Shown here: piece after piece, positions 38,716 to 48,366 of the stretch
Position numbering within the stretch: the stretch's first letter is position 1
How the letters are laid out: each line of letters opens with the position of its first letter
From: Opitutia bacterium
GTDB lineage: Bacteria; Verrucomicrobiota; Verrucomicrobiia; Opitutales; Opitutaceae
Direction: 5' to 3'
Assembly: GCA_947478395.1 (NCBI GenBank)
Contig: CANJVR010000002.1
Span: 288,001-352,000, forward strand
Length of the DNA: 64,000 bases
Made by a program: the position numbers and the translations under genes
The notes under the pieces: generated by a model
The model's input: only the letters and a program-made list of their open reading frames with translations
What the model was told of the DNA's origin: nothing
The model's database searches: none

Positions 38716-39600
38716 ATGATGACAGAAGTCCAGTTTCGGCAACGTCTTCACGATTGTCAGGATTTGGCGTCGTTACGCTGTAACTTACTCGCACTCGAAA
38801 GGGTCTTCAACAATCAGCACACCCATGTTGAAGAATTTGCGAAGATCATTGCTCGTGATCCCTCGCTGACGACGCGCATGCTGCGCATGGTGAACAGCGC
38901 TTATTTTGGACTTAGCGCCAAAATCAACACCATCGAAGGCGCGGTCCTTTATCTCGGGTTAGGCAATGTTCGTTTGCTGATGTCCACCACACCCGTGATC
39001 GAAGATCTCGAGGTCATGGCTCAGGATGGTACGCAAGTTCCTTGGCGGGAATTTTGGTTACACGCTCTAGGCTGTGCGTTTGCCACCCGCGAGATACTTA
39101 ACCAATTCGACCTTGGAGTGGACAATGATACCGACCACATCAGCGGACTGCTGCAAAACGTTGGGAATATTGTCATGGCTAAAGCATTTCCGGCGGAATT
39201 AGCCCAATTGGTTCAGACTTCCTACGAAGACGAAGCCCAGTTTCTCGCTGCCGAGCGCGCCCTGCTTGGCTGGGACCATGCGGCCATTGGCGCCTTCTAC
39301 CTCGAGACGCATAATATTCCCAAGGAAGTCGTCGAAGCCGTCGGATTTCATCACGATCCCTGTAATGCTCCAAACCACAAGCAGCTGGTCGCGGCTACGC
39401 ATCTTGCTGACGTTATGGTTCGCATGGCTGGACTTCGAAGTGGGACAGAAAAGCGGCCAGTTTTAACTGAACGCCAACTGATGGAAATTCCTGCGATAGG
39501 ACTGCTGCGGCCGAAAAAAGGGCCGATTCTCAACGGCAAAATGCGTAAGATCACCGAACGCATCTCTAAAATCCCGGATCTTTGCCGGGTTATGCTTTGA
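38716..39600 (+). CDS. HDOD-domain signalling protein
   Basis: IARDPSLTTRMLRMVNSAYFG, AVLYLG, FWLHALGCA, GLLQNVG, LGWDHAAIGA, AVGFHHDP. Confidence 0.92.
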   Translation: MMTEVQFRQRLHDCQDLASLRCNLLALERVFNNQHTHVEEFAKIIARDPSLTTRMLRMVNSAYFGLSAKINTIEGAVLYLGLGNVRLLMSTTPVIEDLEVMAQDGTQVPWREFWLHALGCAFATREILNQFDLGVDNDTDHISGLLQNVGNIVMAKAFPAELAQLVQTSYEDEAQFLAAERALLGWDHAAIGAFYLETHNIPKEVVEAVGFHHDPCNAPNHKQLVAATHLADVMVRMAGLRSGTEKRPVLTERQLMEIPAIGLLRPKKGPILNGKMRKITERISKIPDLCRVML

Positions 39601-40029
39601 TTTCGGGTCGGGGCGGCGCTCGATCGCCAGCTCCGCGATAGGGGAAGTTTTTTTCGTTATTTTGCGACCGCCGTGGTGGGATTAAAGAGCGGTCCGGTGC
39701 ACGCGTGCGACGCCCGCCTGAGGAATATTTTAGCAGGTTGGCTTGAAAACAGCTTTTCCTGAACCTGAGACGCGTTTCATCCAAGTCGCGACGAAAGGAA
39801 TCGATCGGCGTACGACTCGGAGATCTCGCGGTATAAAAACTGCATAATTTTACCCGAAAACGCCCGTTCATCACTTTTCCACCTTGTTCGCCCCATTGGC
39901 GTTTACAACGAGTCTGGCGCTGAGCTCGTACGAGAACGCGCATCGTATGCTGACCAAAAATTATCAGTTAACTGAGCAAGGAGGGCTACAGGAGGGGGCT
40001 CGATTCCATTTTGGTTTCGAGGGTGAATT

Positions 40030-40824
40030 ATGAATTTCGTACCCGGAGCGTATAATTCCGCTCAAGCCGTAGAAAATTCAGCAGAGAGCAGCGGTAATTT
40101 CAGCGAACAAAAACAATGGAAATTAGAGTGGCAAAAGCGGGGCGGACGCGCGGGTGAGGACTGGGTGCTACGTACGGGGATTGTCGTCGCCGACGAAAAT
40201 GGCCAGGTATGGCCGCTTCATGTTTATCTCAGGCGAGAGCTGACATCCATTGCGACCGATATTCTTTCCCCGACATCGCCCGAAAGCGTTCCGGCGGCGT
40301 GGATCGAAAATGCGATCAACACGCGCTTGGTTCGGGCTCACATGGCATTCTCTAAGCCGCTCGAGATGCCCTCTAATTACGCAACCTTGTTGTCAGCGGC
40401 GATGCTGTGGGGAAATTTCGTCTCGGCGGTATTCGCCTTGGTTGAAACCAGCCTCAATCCGGAGGCAGAAAAAATCTGTATCGACGCTTATACTTTGGGT
40501 TTTGTAGCGCCGAAATATTTTTCAGTAAAACGTGCGTCGATTCCATCCGCCGAGCCGATCACCACGGAATATTACGCGGCGATTACTCCAGACCGACAAG
40601 ATAAAGCCTGGACCACCTACGCTGATGACGGACAACTCTCATCGTCATTTATTCGGGCGCTATCGAACGCGCTCAATGTAGATTTCCCCGGGAGTTCATG
40701 GACGGGAAAAACGGAAATGCGGAAATGGTGCGCTGGCCTTAGCCGGAGCTTTTTCGCCCGCTGCGCAGCGAGCGGGGTGACGCAGGACGAGATCAAAGCC
40801 CTGGCCGCTTACATCGAAAATTGA
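40030..40824 (+). CDS. Hypothetical protein
   Basis: 264-aa ORF with an upstream GAGG-like sequence; no recognisable motif. Confidence 0.6.
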   Translation: MNFVPGAYNSAQAVENSAESSGNFSEQKQWKLEWQKRGGRAGEDWVLRTGIVVADENGQVWPLHVYLRRELTSIATDILSPTSPESVPAAWIENAINTRLVRAHMAFSKPLEMPSNYATLLSAAMLWGNFVSAVFALVETSLNPEAEKICIDAYTLGFVAPKYFSVKRASIPSAEPITTEYYAAITPDRQDKAWTTYADDGQLSSSFIRALSNALNVDFPGSSWTGKTEMRKWCAGLSRSFFARCAASGVTQDEIKALAAYIEN

Positions 40825-40993
40825 GGCTATTGAAAACTAATTTCTTAAACCGACCGTGCGGGAATCCCTGCTCTGTTGAGCGATGGGAAGGGGTCGGGGG
40901 AGTGATCCTCCATCATGTCCATCAAATCGGGGTAACCTCAAAATTGTTTTCTAAATCGACCATTTTACCATGCGGGAGGCCCATCCTTAGTAC

Positions 40994-41428
40994 ATGAACG
41001 TCCATTGCAGTGAGGAGATTTCTGCCGAATTCGAATACAGCGACAAGACCGTGCCATGGCGTGGTCAAGGCACGGTACTGCTCATCGACGACGACTATTT
41101 CGTGCGGCTTGTCACCACGACTAGTTTGCGTTCCTTCGGCCTCAAGGTTGAAGCCGCGAGCGACGGCCGTGCAGGTCTTGCCACTTGGGAAGCCGCTCCG
41201 GATGAGTTCGATCTGGTCGTACTTGACCTACTTATGCCCAGTTTAAACGGAGAAGATACCCTGGTCGAGCTGCGCAAACTCCGTCCAGACGTGCCAGTTC
41301 TTATCATCAGCGGTTTCAGCGAAGGTGATTTTCTGACCCGGCACGCCTGCAGTGGCCCCATCGCTTACCTGCAAAAGCCGTTTCGATTAGCCAATCTGGA
41401 GAACGCCGCTCGCAGCCTGCTCGGCTAA
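40994..41428 (+). CDS. Stand-alone response regulator receiver (copy 1)
   Basis: VLLIDDD, DLVVLDLLMP, ISG, YLQKPF. Confidence 0.88.
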   Translation: MNVHCSEEISAEFEYSDKTVPWRGQGTVLLIDDDYFVRLVTTTSLRSFGLKVEAASDGRAGLATWEAAPDEFDLVVLDLLMPSLNGEDTLVELRKLRPDVPVLIISGFSEGDFLTRHACSGPIAYLQKPFRLANLENAARSLLG

Positions 41429-41537
41429 GAACGAAGTCGATTCCCGCCAGGCTCGTATTCGGGAAACGATCGCCGGTTACAAATAGGTTACAAAAAGTCT
41501 TTACTCACCCCGCAATTCTTGGAAAAAATCCAGTAGA

Positions 41538-41960
41538 ATGTCCGACGTTGGGACAATTGGTCCAAGAAGCATTGGGGATACCGTGCCCTGGCGTGGCCAA
41601 GGGACTGTACTGCTCATCGACGACGACTATTACGTGCGACTTGTCACCGCCACGATCTTGCGTTCCTTCGGCCTCAAGGTTGAAACCGTGAACGACGGCC
41701 GTGCAGGTCTCGCCGCTTGGAAAGCCGCTCCGGATGGCTTCGATCTCGTCGTACTTGACCTACTCATGGCCGGCTTAAACGGAGAAGATACCCTGGTCGA
41801 GCTGCGCACACTCCGTCCAGACGTGCCGGTTCTTATCATCAGCGGTTTCGAGGAAGGCGATTTCCTGACCCGCCACGCCTGCAGTGGCCCCATTGCTTAC
41901 CTGCAAAAGCCGTTTCGATTGGCGAATTTAGAGAACGCCGCTCGCAGCCTGCTTGGTTGA
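41538..41960 (+). CDS. Stand-alone response regulator receiver (copy 2)
   Basis: Near-identical tandem duplicate of 40994..41428 with a different N-terminus. Confidence 0.88.
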   Translation: MSDVGTIGPRSIGDTVPWRGQGTVLLIDDDYYVRLVTATILRSFGLKVETVNDGRAGLAAWKAAPDGFDLVVLDLLMAGLNGEDTLVELRTLRPDVPVLIISGFEEGDFLTRHACSGPIAYLQKPFRLANLENAARSLLG

Positions 41961-42008
41961 ACCCTATAGTCGCACAATAAATATTATGTTTAATTGAACG
42001 AAAACGGA

Positions 42009-42155
42009 ATCGCCCCGCTCTTCGGAGCGGGGCGCGGATTGAAACATGTACCGCCGGACGATGTAAGCGGGGAGCTAGCATCGCCCCGCTCTTCGGAGCG
42101 GGGCGCGGATTGAAACGACCCAAGCAACTCACTGATGGCGGGCGCGGATTGAAAA
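42009..42155 (+). CRISPR. Orphan mini CRISPR array: two identical 37-nt repeats plus a 3' half repeat
   Basis: ATCGCCCCGCTCTTCGGAGCGGGGCGCGGATTGAAAC at 42009-42045 and 42080-42116; 34-nt spacer; 20-nt second spacer; partial GGCGGGCGCGGATTGAAAA at 42137-42155; AT-rich leader-like region upstream. Confidence 0.8.
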
Positions 42156-42177
42156 TCGTACGCCTAAGGCTGCTCGA

Positions 42178-42570
42178 TTAGACGACGTGCCCAAACGGCT
42201 TCGCCCGGTGGCAGAATTGCAGCGGTACACCCCAAGGATCACGCATCATCAGCAGTTTGGTGCCGTCCGGCAAAATGTCTTCCTGGCCACGATCGGCGCC
42301 CGCGGCAACGAGGCGCGCGCGGATCGCGTCGTTGTCGGTCGAGACAAACGCGATGTGGAACACCAGCGGATTGACCGCCGCGTAATCCGGCACCACCGCG
42401 TCGGTGCGCGCATAAATTTCGATGATCGTCCGACCGGTTTCATCGGCCAGAAAGGCCGTGTAGGGCGCGACGTCCATTTGACGCGCAATCTTTAGGCCGA
42501 GGTGCTCGACGTACCAGCGCGTGACCGCACGGGCGTCGGCCGTATTGATGGCAAAATGTTCGAATTTCAT
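42178..42570 (-). CDS. VOC/glyoxalase family protein
   Basis: FEHFAIN, WYVEHLG, IIEIY, FHIAF, RDPWGVPLQF. Confidence 0.88.
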   Translation of the reverse strand: MKFEHFAINTADARAVTRWYVEHLGLKIARQMDVAPYTAFLADETGRTIIEIYARTDAVVPDYAAVNPLVFHIAFVSTDNDAIRARLVAAGADRGQEDILPDGTKLLMMRDPWGVPLQFCHRAKPFGHVV

Positions 42571-42655
42571 AAATGACGATGACGTTGTGGTTGGGAACTA
42601 GCCTGAAAATTCACACCGAAATCAAGACGTTGGCCTTGCGGTGGGAAAAAAGTTT

Positions 42656-43573
42656 TCACGAACCGGGTGATGGTTGCGAGCTCTCCCGCAGAAAGGCACC
42701 GATGAGGTTGAGCGCGACCGCGCCGGAATCATTGAGCACGTAGTGGCCGGATTCGGCCAAGCGCTCTACCCGCGCGGCGGGATAAATCTTCCGCCACCGT
42801 TCGAGGAAAGAATCGTTGAAGCAAAAATCCCGCCCACCCCACACGATCAGTTTTTCGTGACCGGCCAGCAGGCTCAATCGCGACTCGATCGCGCCGAGCG
42901 TGGCCCGCGTGGGATGCTCCGCTTCCATCGGGATGTCGGTGACAAACCGGTGCACCGCGACGCGATTGGCCCACGAGCCGTAGGGAAAAAGATAGCCGTA
43001 TTTTTCGTCTGCGGTCAGAGCGCGGGCGTGCATTGCCATGCTTGTGGCCGGCCCGGCGAATCCGTTTAGGCCTCGGACGAGCCACTCGCCGAGCAGTGGC
43101 CATCGGCACACCGCAATCCGGAATGGAATGCGCGCCGACAAAAACGCCGCGGTGTTCAGAATGGTGATCCTGCCAATCAATGCGGGCTGACGCGTCGCGA
43201 GCCCAAATCCAACCGCACCACCCCAATCGTGCACGACAAGATGCACCCGTTTCAGCCCGAGGTTTGCCACCAGCGCCTCGATATCGGCGATGCGGGTGGC
43301 GAGCGTGTAATCGTAATTCTCCGGCTTTTCCGACAACCCCATGCCGATGTGGTCGGGCGCAATGCAGCGCATGATCGAAGAAAGTCCGCGGATGAGATCC
43401 CGATAGAAAAACGACCAGGTCGGATTGCCGTGCAGCATCAGCACGGCCTCAGCGGAGCGCGGACCGACATCGACGTAGCTCATGCGCGCACCGCCCGGGG
43501 TTTGAAACGCGGCCGGCGTGAACGGGTAAAGCCGGGCGAGCCGCGCGGGGATTTGGGGGGCGACGCTTACCAT
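42656..43573 (-). CDS. oleB: OleB-like alpha/beta hydrolase (haloalkane dehalogenase fold; beta-lactone decarboxylase-like)
   Basis: LHGNPTWSF, PDHIGMGLS, VHDWGG nucleophile, WGGRDFCF, GHY; directly follows the oleA-like gene. Confidence 0.75.
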   Translation of the reverse strand: MVSVAPQIPARLARLYPFTPAAFQTPGGARMSYVDVGPRSAEAVLMLHGNPTWSFFYRDLIRGLSSIMRCIAPDHIGMGLSEKPENYDYTLATRIADIEALVANLGLKRVHLVVHDWGGAVGFGLATRQPALIGRITILNTAAFLSARIPFRIAVCRWPLLGEWLVRGLNGFAGPATSMAMHARALTADEKYGYLFPYGSWANRVAVHRFVTDIPMEAEHPTRATLGAIESRLSLLAGHEKLIVWGGRDFCFNDSFLERWRKIYPAARVERLAESGHYVLNDSGAVALNLIGAFLRESSQPSPGS

Positions 43574-44598
43574 TCGAGCGCGAGCATCAGGCAATTCAAG
43601 CCGCTGCCAATCCCCAGCAAGCTGACGCGGTCGCCCTTGCGCACCGCGCCGGCCTCAACCGCCGCTGCGAGCGTCGCGGGCAACGCGACCGAGCCCGTAT
43701 TGCCGAGAACTTCAAAGGTCGAAAAATCCTTGGCCACATCGAGCCCCAGCGCTTCGTAGAGTTTTCGCCGGTGGGTGCTGCCGACCTGGTGGCAGATAAA
43801 ACGGTCGGTGTTGGCCTCGGTCCAACCGGTGATCGTTTTGAAATCCGTCCACGTCGCCCGCGCGAGTTCGACGCCGGCCAGCAGCAGTTGCTCGGAGTCG
43901 GTCTGCATCGCCAACGCTTCGGCGCCGTGCGTGTCGCCCTGACAAAGTTCGCTGTGTTGGGTCGCGGCCCGCGCCACGCCTCCGACTAGCCGGTGGCCCT
44001 GCGGCGCGAGGTCGCGATGGCACACGAGTGCGGCGACCGCGCCGGAACCGATCGTGAGATTCGCAAAGTACGGCTTGATTTCGTTTCGGGTCAGCGGCCT
44101 TTCGAGCAAAGTCTTGATCGTCTGCTCGACCAGCGGTCGCCCGTGCTCGCCGGCGACCACCAACGCGCAGCGGATCTGGCCGCTCTCAATCATCGCCGCC
44201 GCCAGCGTGAGCGAGTTCAGAAAACCCAGGCACGCATTGGACACGTCGAAGATCTGCGCCGAGGCGGGCAACCCGATCTTGCGGTGGGCAAAGGATGCGG
44301 TGGCCGGTTCCAACATATCCCGCGAGACCGCGGCATGAATGAACAACTCGACTTGCTCGGCGCGCAGCGTCGATTGCTCGAGCACCTTTTTTCCGGCTGC
44401 GGCGCTTGCATCGGATGGGCGCGTGCCGGCGGGCCAGACTCGGCGTTCGCGAATGCCCGTCATCAACTCCAAACGGCCGAAGGGCAGCTTGAGCCGCTCG
44501 TACAGCGGACGGAGTTGCGCTTCGACCGCGGCGGACGTCAGCACTTCGTCGGGCAGTGCGACGGCGAGTGACTCGATGTGGACGTGCTCAAACTTCAT
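43567..44598 (-). CDS. oleA: OleA-like acyl-CoA condensing enzyme (thiolase/FabH superfamily)
   Basis: LELMTGIRERR, LEPATA, DVSNACLGF, ANLTIGSGA, CHQVG, GNTGSV, LLGIGSGLNC. Confidence 0.85.
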   Translation of the reverse strand: MKFEHVHIESLAVALPDEVLTSAAVEAQLRPLYERLKLPFGRLELMTGIRERRVWPAGTRPSDASAAAGKKVLEQSTLRAEQVELFIHAAVSRDMLEPATASFAHRKIGLPASAQIFDVSNACLGFLNSLTLAAAMIESGQIRCALVVAGEHGRPLVEQTIKTLLERPLTRNEIKPYFANLTIGSGAVAALVCHRDLAPQGHRLVGGVARAATQHSELCQGDTHGAEALAMQTDSEQLLLAGVELARATWTDFKTITGWTEANTDRFICHQVGSTHRRKLYEALGLDVAKDFSTFEVLGNTGSVALPATLAAAVEAGAVRKGDRVSLLGIGSGLNCLMLALEW

Positions 44599-44691
44599 GG
44601 GAGAAATCCCTGACGCCAGAGTGCCAAAATCCGAAGATCCGATGTGGGCGGGGTGCCCTCGCTCCGCCTAAATCCCCATCGCCGCGTAGGT

Positions 44692-45546
44692 TCATTTGGC
44701 GTTTGGAGTTTTGACAGGCGCGGATCCCCGCGGTGCAGCGGTGGGCCGCATGGCCAGTTGAATGATTTCCTGGTCGAAGAAATTGCAGCCAAGTCCGGCG
44801 TCGACCACGAGCGTGGTGCCGTTGATGCCGCTGCTGCGCTCGCTCAGCAGGAACAGCGTCGCGTTGGCTACTTCCTGCGTTGCGAGGTTGCGCTTTCGAA
44901 ACGTGAGTTTCTCGGCGTAAAGGTAGCTCTCGATGTAGCCTGGAATCCCCGCCGACGCGCTGGTCTTGAGCGGCCCGGAGCCGACGACGTTGCAACGCAC
45001 CTCGCTGTCGGCGCTGAAGGATTTGGCCAAAAACCGGGCGGCGGACTCGAGTGCGGCTTTGATTGGCCCCATGTAACCGTAATTGTCGGGCGTGACCTGC
45101 AGCGAAGAGATGCCGATGGTCACGATCGAAGCCGTGCGCGCGAGGTGGGGCTTAAACGCGCGCGCGATCTCCACGAGCGAGAACGCCGAGACGGCCGTGG
45201 CTTGGAGAAAATCGGCCCGCTTCGTTTCGTGGAAGGCCTTGAAGCCATCGCTGTAATTGGCGAACGCGACCGAGTGCATGATGCCCTGTAGTGGCGCGTG
45301 CCCGCCCGCGGCAATTTCGGCGGCGAGCCGTGGCACGGCGCCCTCGTCTTCCACGTCGCAGACAAAAACCGGTTTTCCCGCGAGCAACGTTTCCAGCGAT
45401 TTGCGCCGCGCCTCGGAACGGACGCTGTAGACGACTTTGGCCCCCTGCTCTTCCAGCGATTGTGCCACGAACCACGCGACGCTCTTGCGATTGGCCACGC
45501 CAAAGACGAGAAACGTTTTTCCGGCGACTTGGAGAAAATCGCTCAT
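44692..45546 (-). CDS. fabI: Enoyl-ACP reductase (FabI-like)
   Basis: GVANRKSVAW, HSVAFA, YGYMGPIKAALE, GPLKTSAS, VDAG. Confidence 0.85.
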   Translation of the reverse strand: MSDFLQVAGKTFLVFGVANRKSVAWFVAQSLEEQGAKVVYSVRSEARRKSLETLLAGKPVFVCDVEDEGAVPRLAAEIAAGGHAPLQGIMHSVAFANYSDGFKAFHETKRADFLQATAVSAFSLVEIARAFKPHLARTASIVTIGISSLQVTPDNYGYMGPIKAALESAARFLAKSFSADSEVRCNVVGSGPLKTSASAGIPGYIESYLYAEKLTFRKRNLATQEVANATLFLLSERSSGINGTTLVVDAGLGCNFFDQEIIQLAMRPTAAPRGSAPVKTPNAK

Positions 45547-46001
45547 GCTTGCGGCGCGCCGGCGGGCGTGGTCCAGGCCACGGTAAATTCGACGGTGAGC
45601 ACGCGCTTTTCGCCGCTCTTCACGCTGCCGCTCATCATGGTGAAGCCGCCGAGCGACTCCTTCTTTTTCACTTCGATGGTGATGGTCTCGCCGGGATAAA
45701 CGGGATTCCGAAAACGTACGTCGCTGATTTTCGCCATCAACGGCACGCCGCTCGAAGCGCCCGATGCGGGGGTCGTGAGCGCGAGATAGAGTGCGCCGGT
45801 TTGAAAAACCGCTTCGCACAGCAGTACGCCGGGAGTGATCGGCGCACTTGGATAGTGGCCTTGGTAGAAGGCTTCGTCGGCGCGAAACGTGCGGCGTGCA
45901 ATCAGGCCGTCGGCGGTTTCGGCCACGATCTCGTCGACAAACAGAAACGGTGGGCGATGCGGAATGAGATCGGTGATGCGGCGGGACATGGTCGGGTTCA
46001 T
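45543..46001 (-). CDS. fabZ: 3-hydroxyacyl-ACP dehydratase (FabZ/FabA family)
   Basis: IPHRPPFLFVD, FYQGHYP..PITPGVLLCEA, VRFRNPVYPG. Confidence 0.88.
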   Translation of the reverse strand: MNPTMSRRITDLIPHRPPFLFVDEIVAETADGLIARRTFRADEAFYQGHYPSAPITPGVLLCEAVFQTGALYLALTTPASGASSGVPLMAKISDVRFRNPVYPGETITIEVKKKESLGGFTMMSGSVKSGEKRVLTVEFTVAWTTPAGAPQA

Positions 46002-47464
46002 CAGGCGTGGGTCGATACAGGCGGGCGCGCCGCTTGCTTCAGCGCGAACAAATATTTGTCGACCTTGTTGGCGGTGATCACGCCGTAGTTAATGGTACCG
46101 AGCCAGCCCGACATGATGATGCCGACGCTACCGGCGTGGAAAAGCCCGGGAAGTTTTTCGGAAAGGCTCATTGAAACGGGCAGGCCTTCGAACTTCGTGC
46201 CGAACGATGTGCCCGAAAAATGCGTGGTGTAGCGCTCGATCGTGCGGGGCGTCGCGGCTTCCTGCCAGTCGATCTTAGCGCGGACGTCCGGAATGAATTT
46301 CTCCAGCGCCGTGATCGATTCCTCAATCATCCTCGCTTTCTGCGCCTCGTAGTCGGCATCGGATAGCGCCTTCCAATCGGGATAAAGGCCGTTGAGCGAC
46401 GCGACGACGGTGTAGCGGTCGGCGCCGGGACGCGTGTCAGGATAATAGACGGAGAAAGTCCGACTCGTCGTGTGCAGCGCGGTGAGCTCGGAATTGCTGT
46501 ACTCCGGCGCCGCAGACGTGAACACCAAGTCGCCGATGTGCGGGATGCTTTCGCCTTTCCGGATGCCAAGGTAGACTTGGCAGGAGCTCGAGTTAATGCG
46601 AACGGCGTTAGCCTGCGCGATATAATCGGCGGGGAAATTTTCGGCGCCGGCCAGACGGAAGATGGTGTTTTTGATGTTCGCGTTGGACAGCACGGCCTTG
46701 GCCCGGATGACGCGGCCGTTGCCCGCGACTACGCCGCACGCGATTTTTTGGCCGTCGCGTTCTTCCACGAGAATCTTGTCGACCAGCACTTTTTTACGGA
46801 GTTCGACGCCATTCTTTTTCAGTTCGGCGACCATTTTTTCGATGAGGAGATCGGAGCCGCCGCGAAAGGTGAAGACCCCCGCGCCCATGAAATTCGAGAA
46901 CACGATGCCAAACGTGATGGCCGGATCGTCGAAGTCGGAGCCGTTGGCGTACGAGATGGGTTCCATCAACAGCCGGTGAACATCGGCGCGCCCCGGAAAA
47001 AACCGGTTCAGCATCTGTCCCGTGGTTTCCGGGTTGTTGTCGTAGTAGTTCATCGCGCGGAGGTAGTCGTAGAACGCTTCGACCTCGGCGCGGGGCAATT
47101 TGAACTGCTCGACGAGCACGCGGGTGTAGTCCTCGCGGGTGAAGGTCGTCCAGACGTCCATCTGCGGATTGATGAACCGGATGTCCTTTAACGGCACGAT
47201 CGAGTCGGAGATTTCCTTGGTCCAGTAACGGCGGCACGACTTGATCATCCCGCTGGGAAACCCGTGCAGCGAGATGTCGAAGATGTGCCCGCCCTTGCGG
47301 GTGAACCACGTGGCGAGTCCGCCGAACTGATAGTGATGCTCGAGCAGAAGGACTTTGTGGCCGGCCTTGGCGAGCACGTTGGCCCCCGTCAGGCCGCCCA
47401 GCCCGCTGCCGATCACGATCACATCATACTCGTCGTTTACGCCCTTGAGCCAATCGTAAGCCAT
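46001..47464 (-). CDS. Phytoene desaturase (CrtI)-like FAD oxidoreductase
   Basis: [40 protein letters not shown]. Confidence 0.85.
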   Translation of the reverse strand: MAYDWLKGVNDEYDVIVIGSGLGGLTGANVLAKAGHKVLLLEHHYQFGGLATWFTRKGGHIFDISLHGFPSGMIKSCRRYWTKEISDSIVPLKDIRFINPQMDVWTTFTREDYTRVLVEQFKLPRAEVEAFYDYLRAMNYYDNNPETTGQMLNRFFPGRADVHRLLMEPISYANGSDFDDPAITFGIVFSNFMGAGVFTFRGGSDLLIEKMVAELKKNGVELRKKVLVDKILVEERDGQKIACGVVAGNGRVIRAKAVLSNANIKNTIFRLAGAENFPADYIAQANAVRINSSSCQVYLGIRKGESIPHIGDLVFTSAAPEYSNSELTALHTTSRTFSVYYPDTRPGADRYTVVASLNGLYPDWKALSDADYEAQKARMIEESITALEKFIPDVRAKIDWQEAATPRTIERYTTHFSGTSFGTKFEGLPVSMSLSEKLPGLFHAGSVGIIMSGWLGTINYGVITANKVDKYLFALKQAARPPVSTHA

Positions 47465-47504
47465 GAAGGGCCGAAAGTGAGGCGTCGGCCCCGCAAAGCG
47501 CAAC

Positions 47505-48353
47505 TCAGAGTTTGAGTGCGCGCAAATACGTCAGGCTGGCCGGAATCGCCTCGATGGGATTCGGCGTTTCGTCTTCCAGAAAATGGTATTTCGCGCCGGC
47601 TTTCTCCGCCGCGCTGATGACTGCGGGCCAGGGAATCTGGCCTGCGCCCACGGCGACTTGATCGGCGGCGACCGTGCGATTGCCGAGGCCGATCGGGCCA
47701 TCCTTGCGGAGGTCCTTAAGGTGCAGCATCACCCAGCGATTGGGATATTTATTGATCAACTTCACCGGATCCTGCCCGGCTTGGTAGGTCCAAAAAACAT
47801 CCATCTCGTAGCTCACCAAGTCGGCCTTGGTTTCACGTACGATGATGTCGAAAAGCGTTTCACCGTTTCCGGCGGCACTCGGCGTCATCTCGGCGCCATG
47901 GGTATGATAGCCGAATTTCAGCCCGGCGGCTTTGAGCGCGGCGCCCCACGTGTTGAAATCGGCGGCGATTTTATGCGCGTCCTCGTCCTTCAAATTGCGC
48001 CCGGTTAAAATCGGCACGATGACGTACTGGACTCCGAGTGTCTTCGCGGTGGCGATGACGACGTTCACGTCCTTCTGGAAGTCGGCATAGCCGATGTGAG
48101 CGCTGACCGCTTTGATCCCGCGCGCCTTTAATTCGGTCGAGAGTTGTTCTGGCGTCAGACCGGTGCCGCTCCAAGTTTCGACTTCGGTGATACCGTAACT
48201 CTTGAGCAGGTCCAAAGTTTTGACCGGGCCGTCGGCTTTGAACTGATTCCGGAGACTGTAGAGCTGCATGCCGAGATGCTCTTTGAAATCGGCGGCGACC
48301 AGCGGCAGGGCGGCGAGGAGCGCTAATGCGATCAGGCGAATATTTTTCATCAT
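47505..48353 (-). CDS. Exported sugar phosphate isomerase/epimerase (xylose isomerase-like TIM barrel)
   Basis: Signal peptide; [39 protein letters not shown]. Confidence 0.85.
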   Translation of the reverse strand: MMKNIRLIALALLAALPLVAADFKEHLGMQLYSLRNQFKADGPVKTLDLLKSYGITEVETWSGTGLTPEQLSTELKARGIKAVSAHIGYADFQKDVNVVIATAKTLGVQYVIVPILTGRNLKDEDAHKIAADFNTWGAALKAAGLKFGYHTHGAEMTPSAAGNGETLFDIIVRETKADLVSYEMDVFWTYQAGQDPVKLINKYPNRWVMLHLKDLRKDGPIGLGNRTVAADQVAVGAGQIPWPAVISAAEKAGAKYHFLEDETPNPIEAIPASLTYLRALKL

Positions 48354-48366
48354 GGGGGTAAATTGG

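Larger units (their letters stand above)
9100..42170. mobile_element. Putative genomic island (boundaries approximate; no integrase or att repeats seen)
   Basis: Abrupt shift to more AT-rich sequence and orphan genes after lepB; return to GC-rich core-type genes after ~42.17 kb. Confidence 0.6.
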
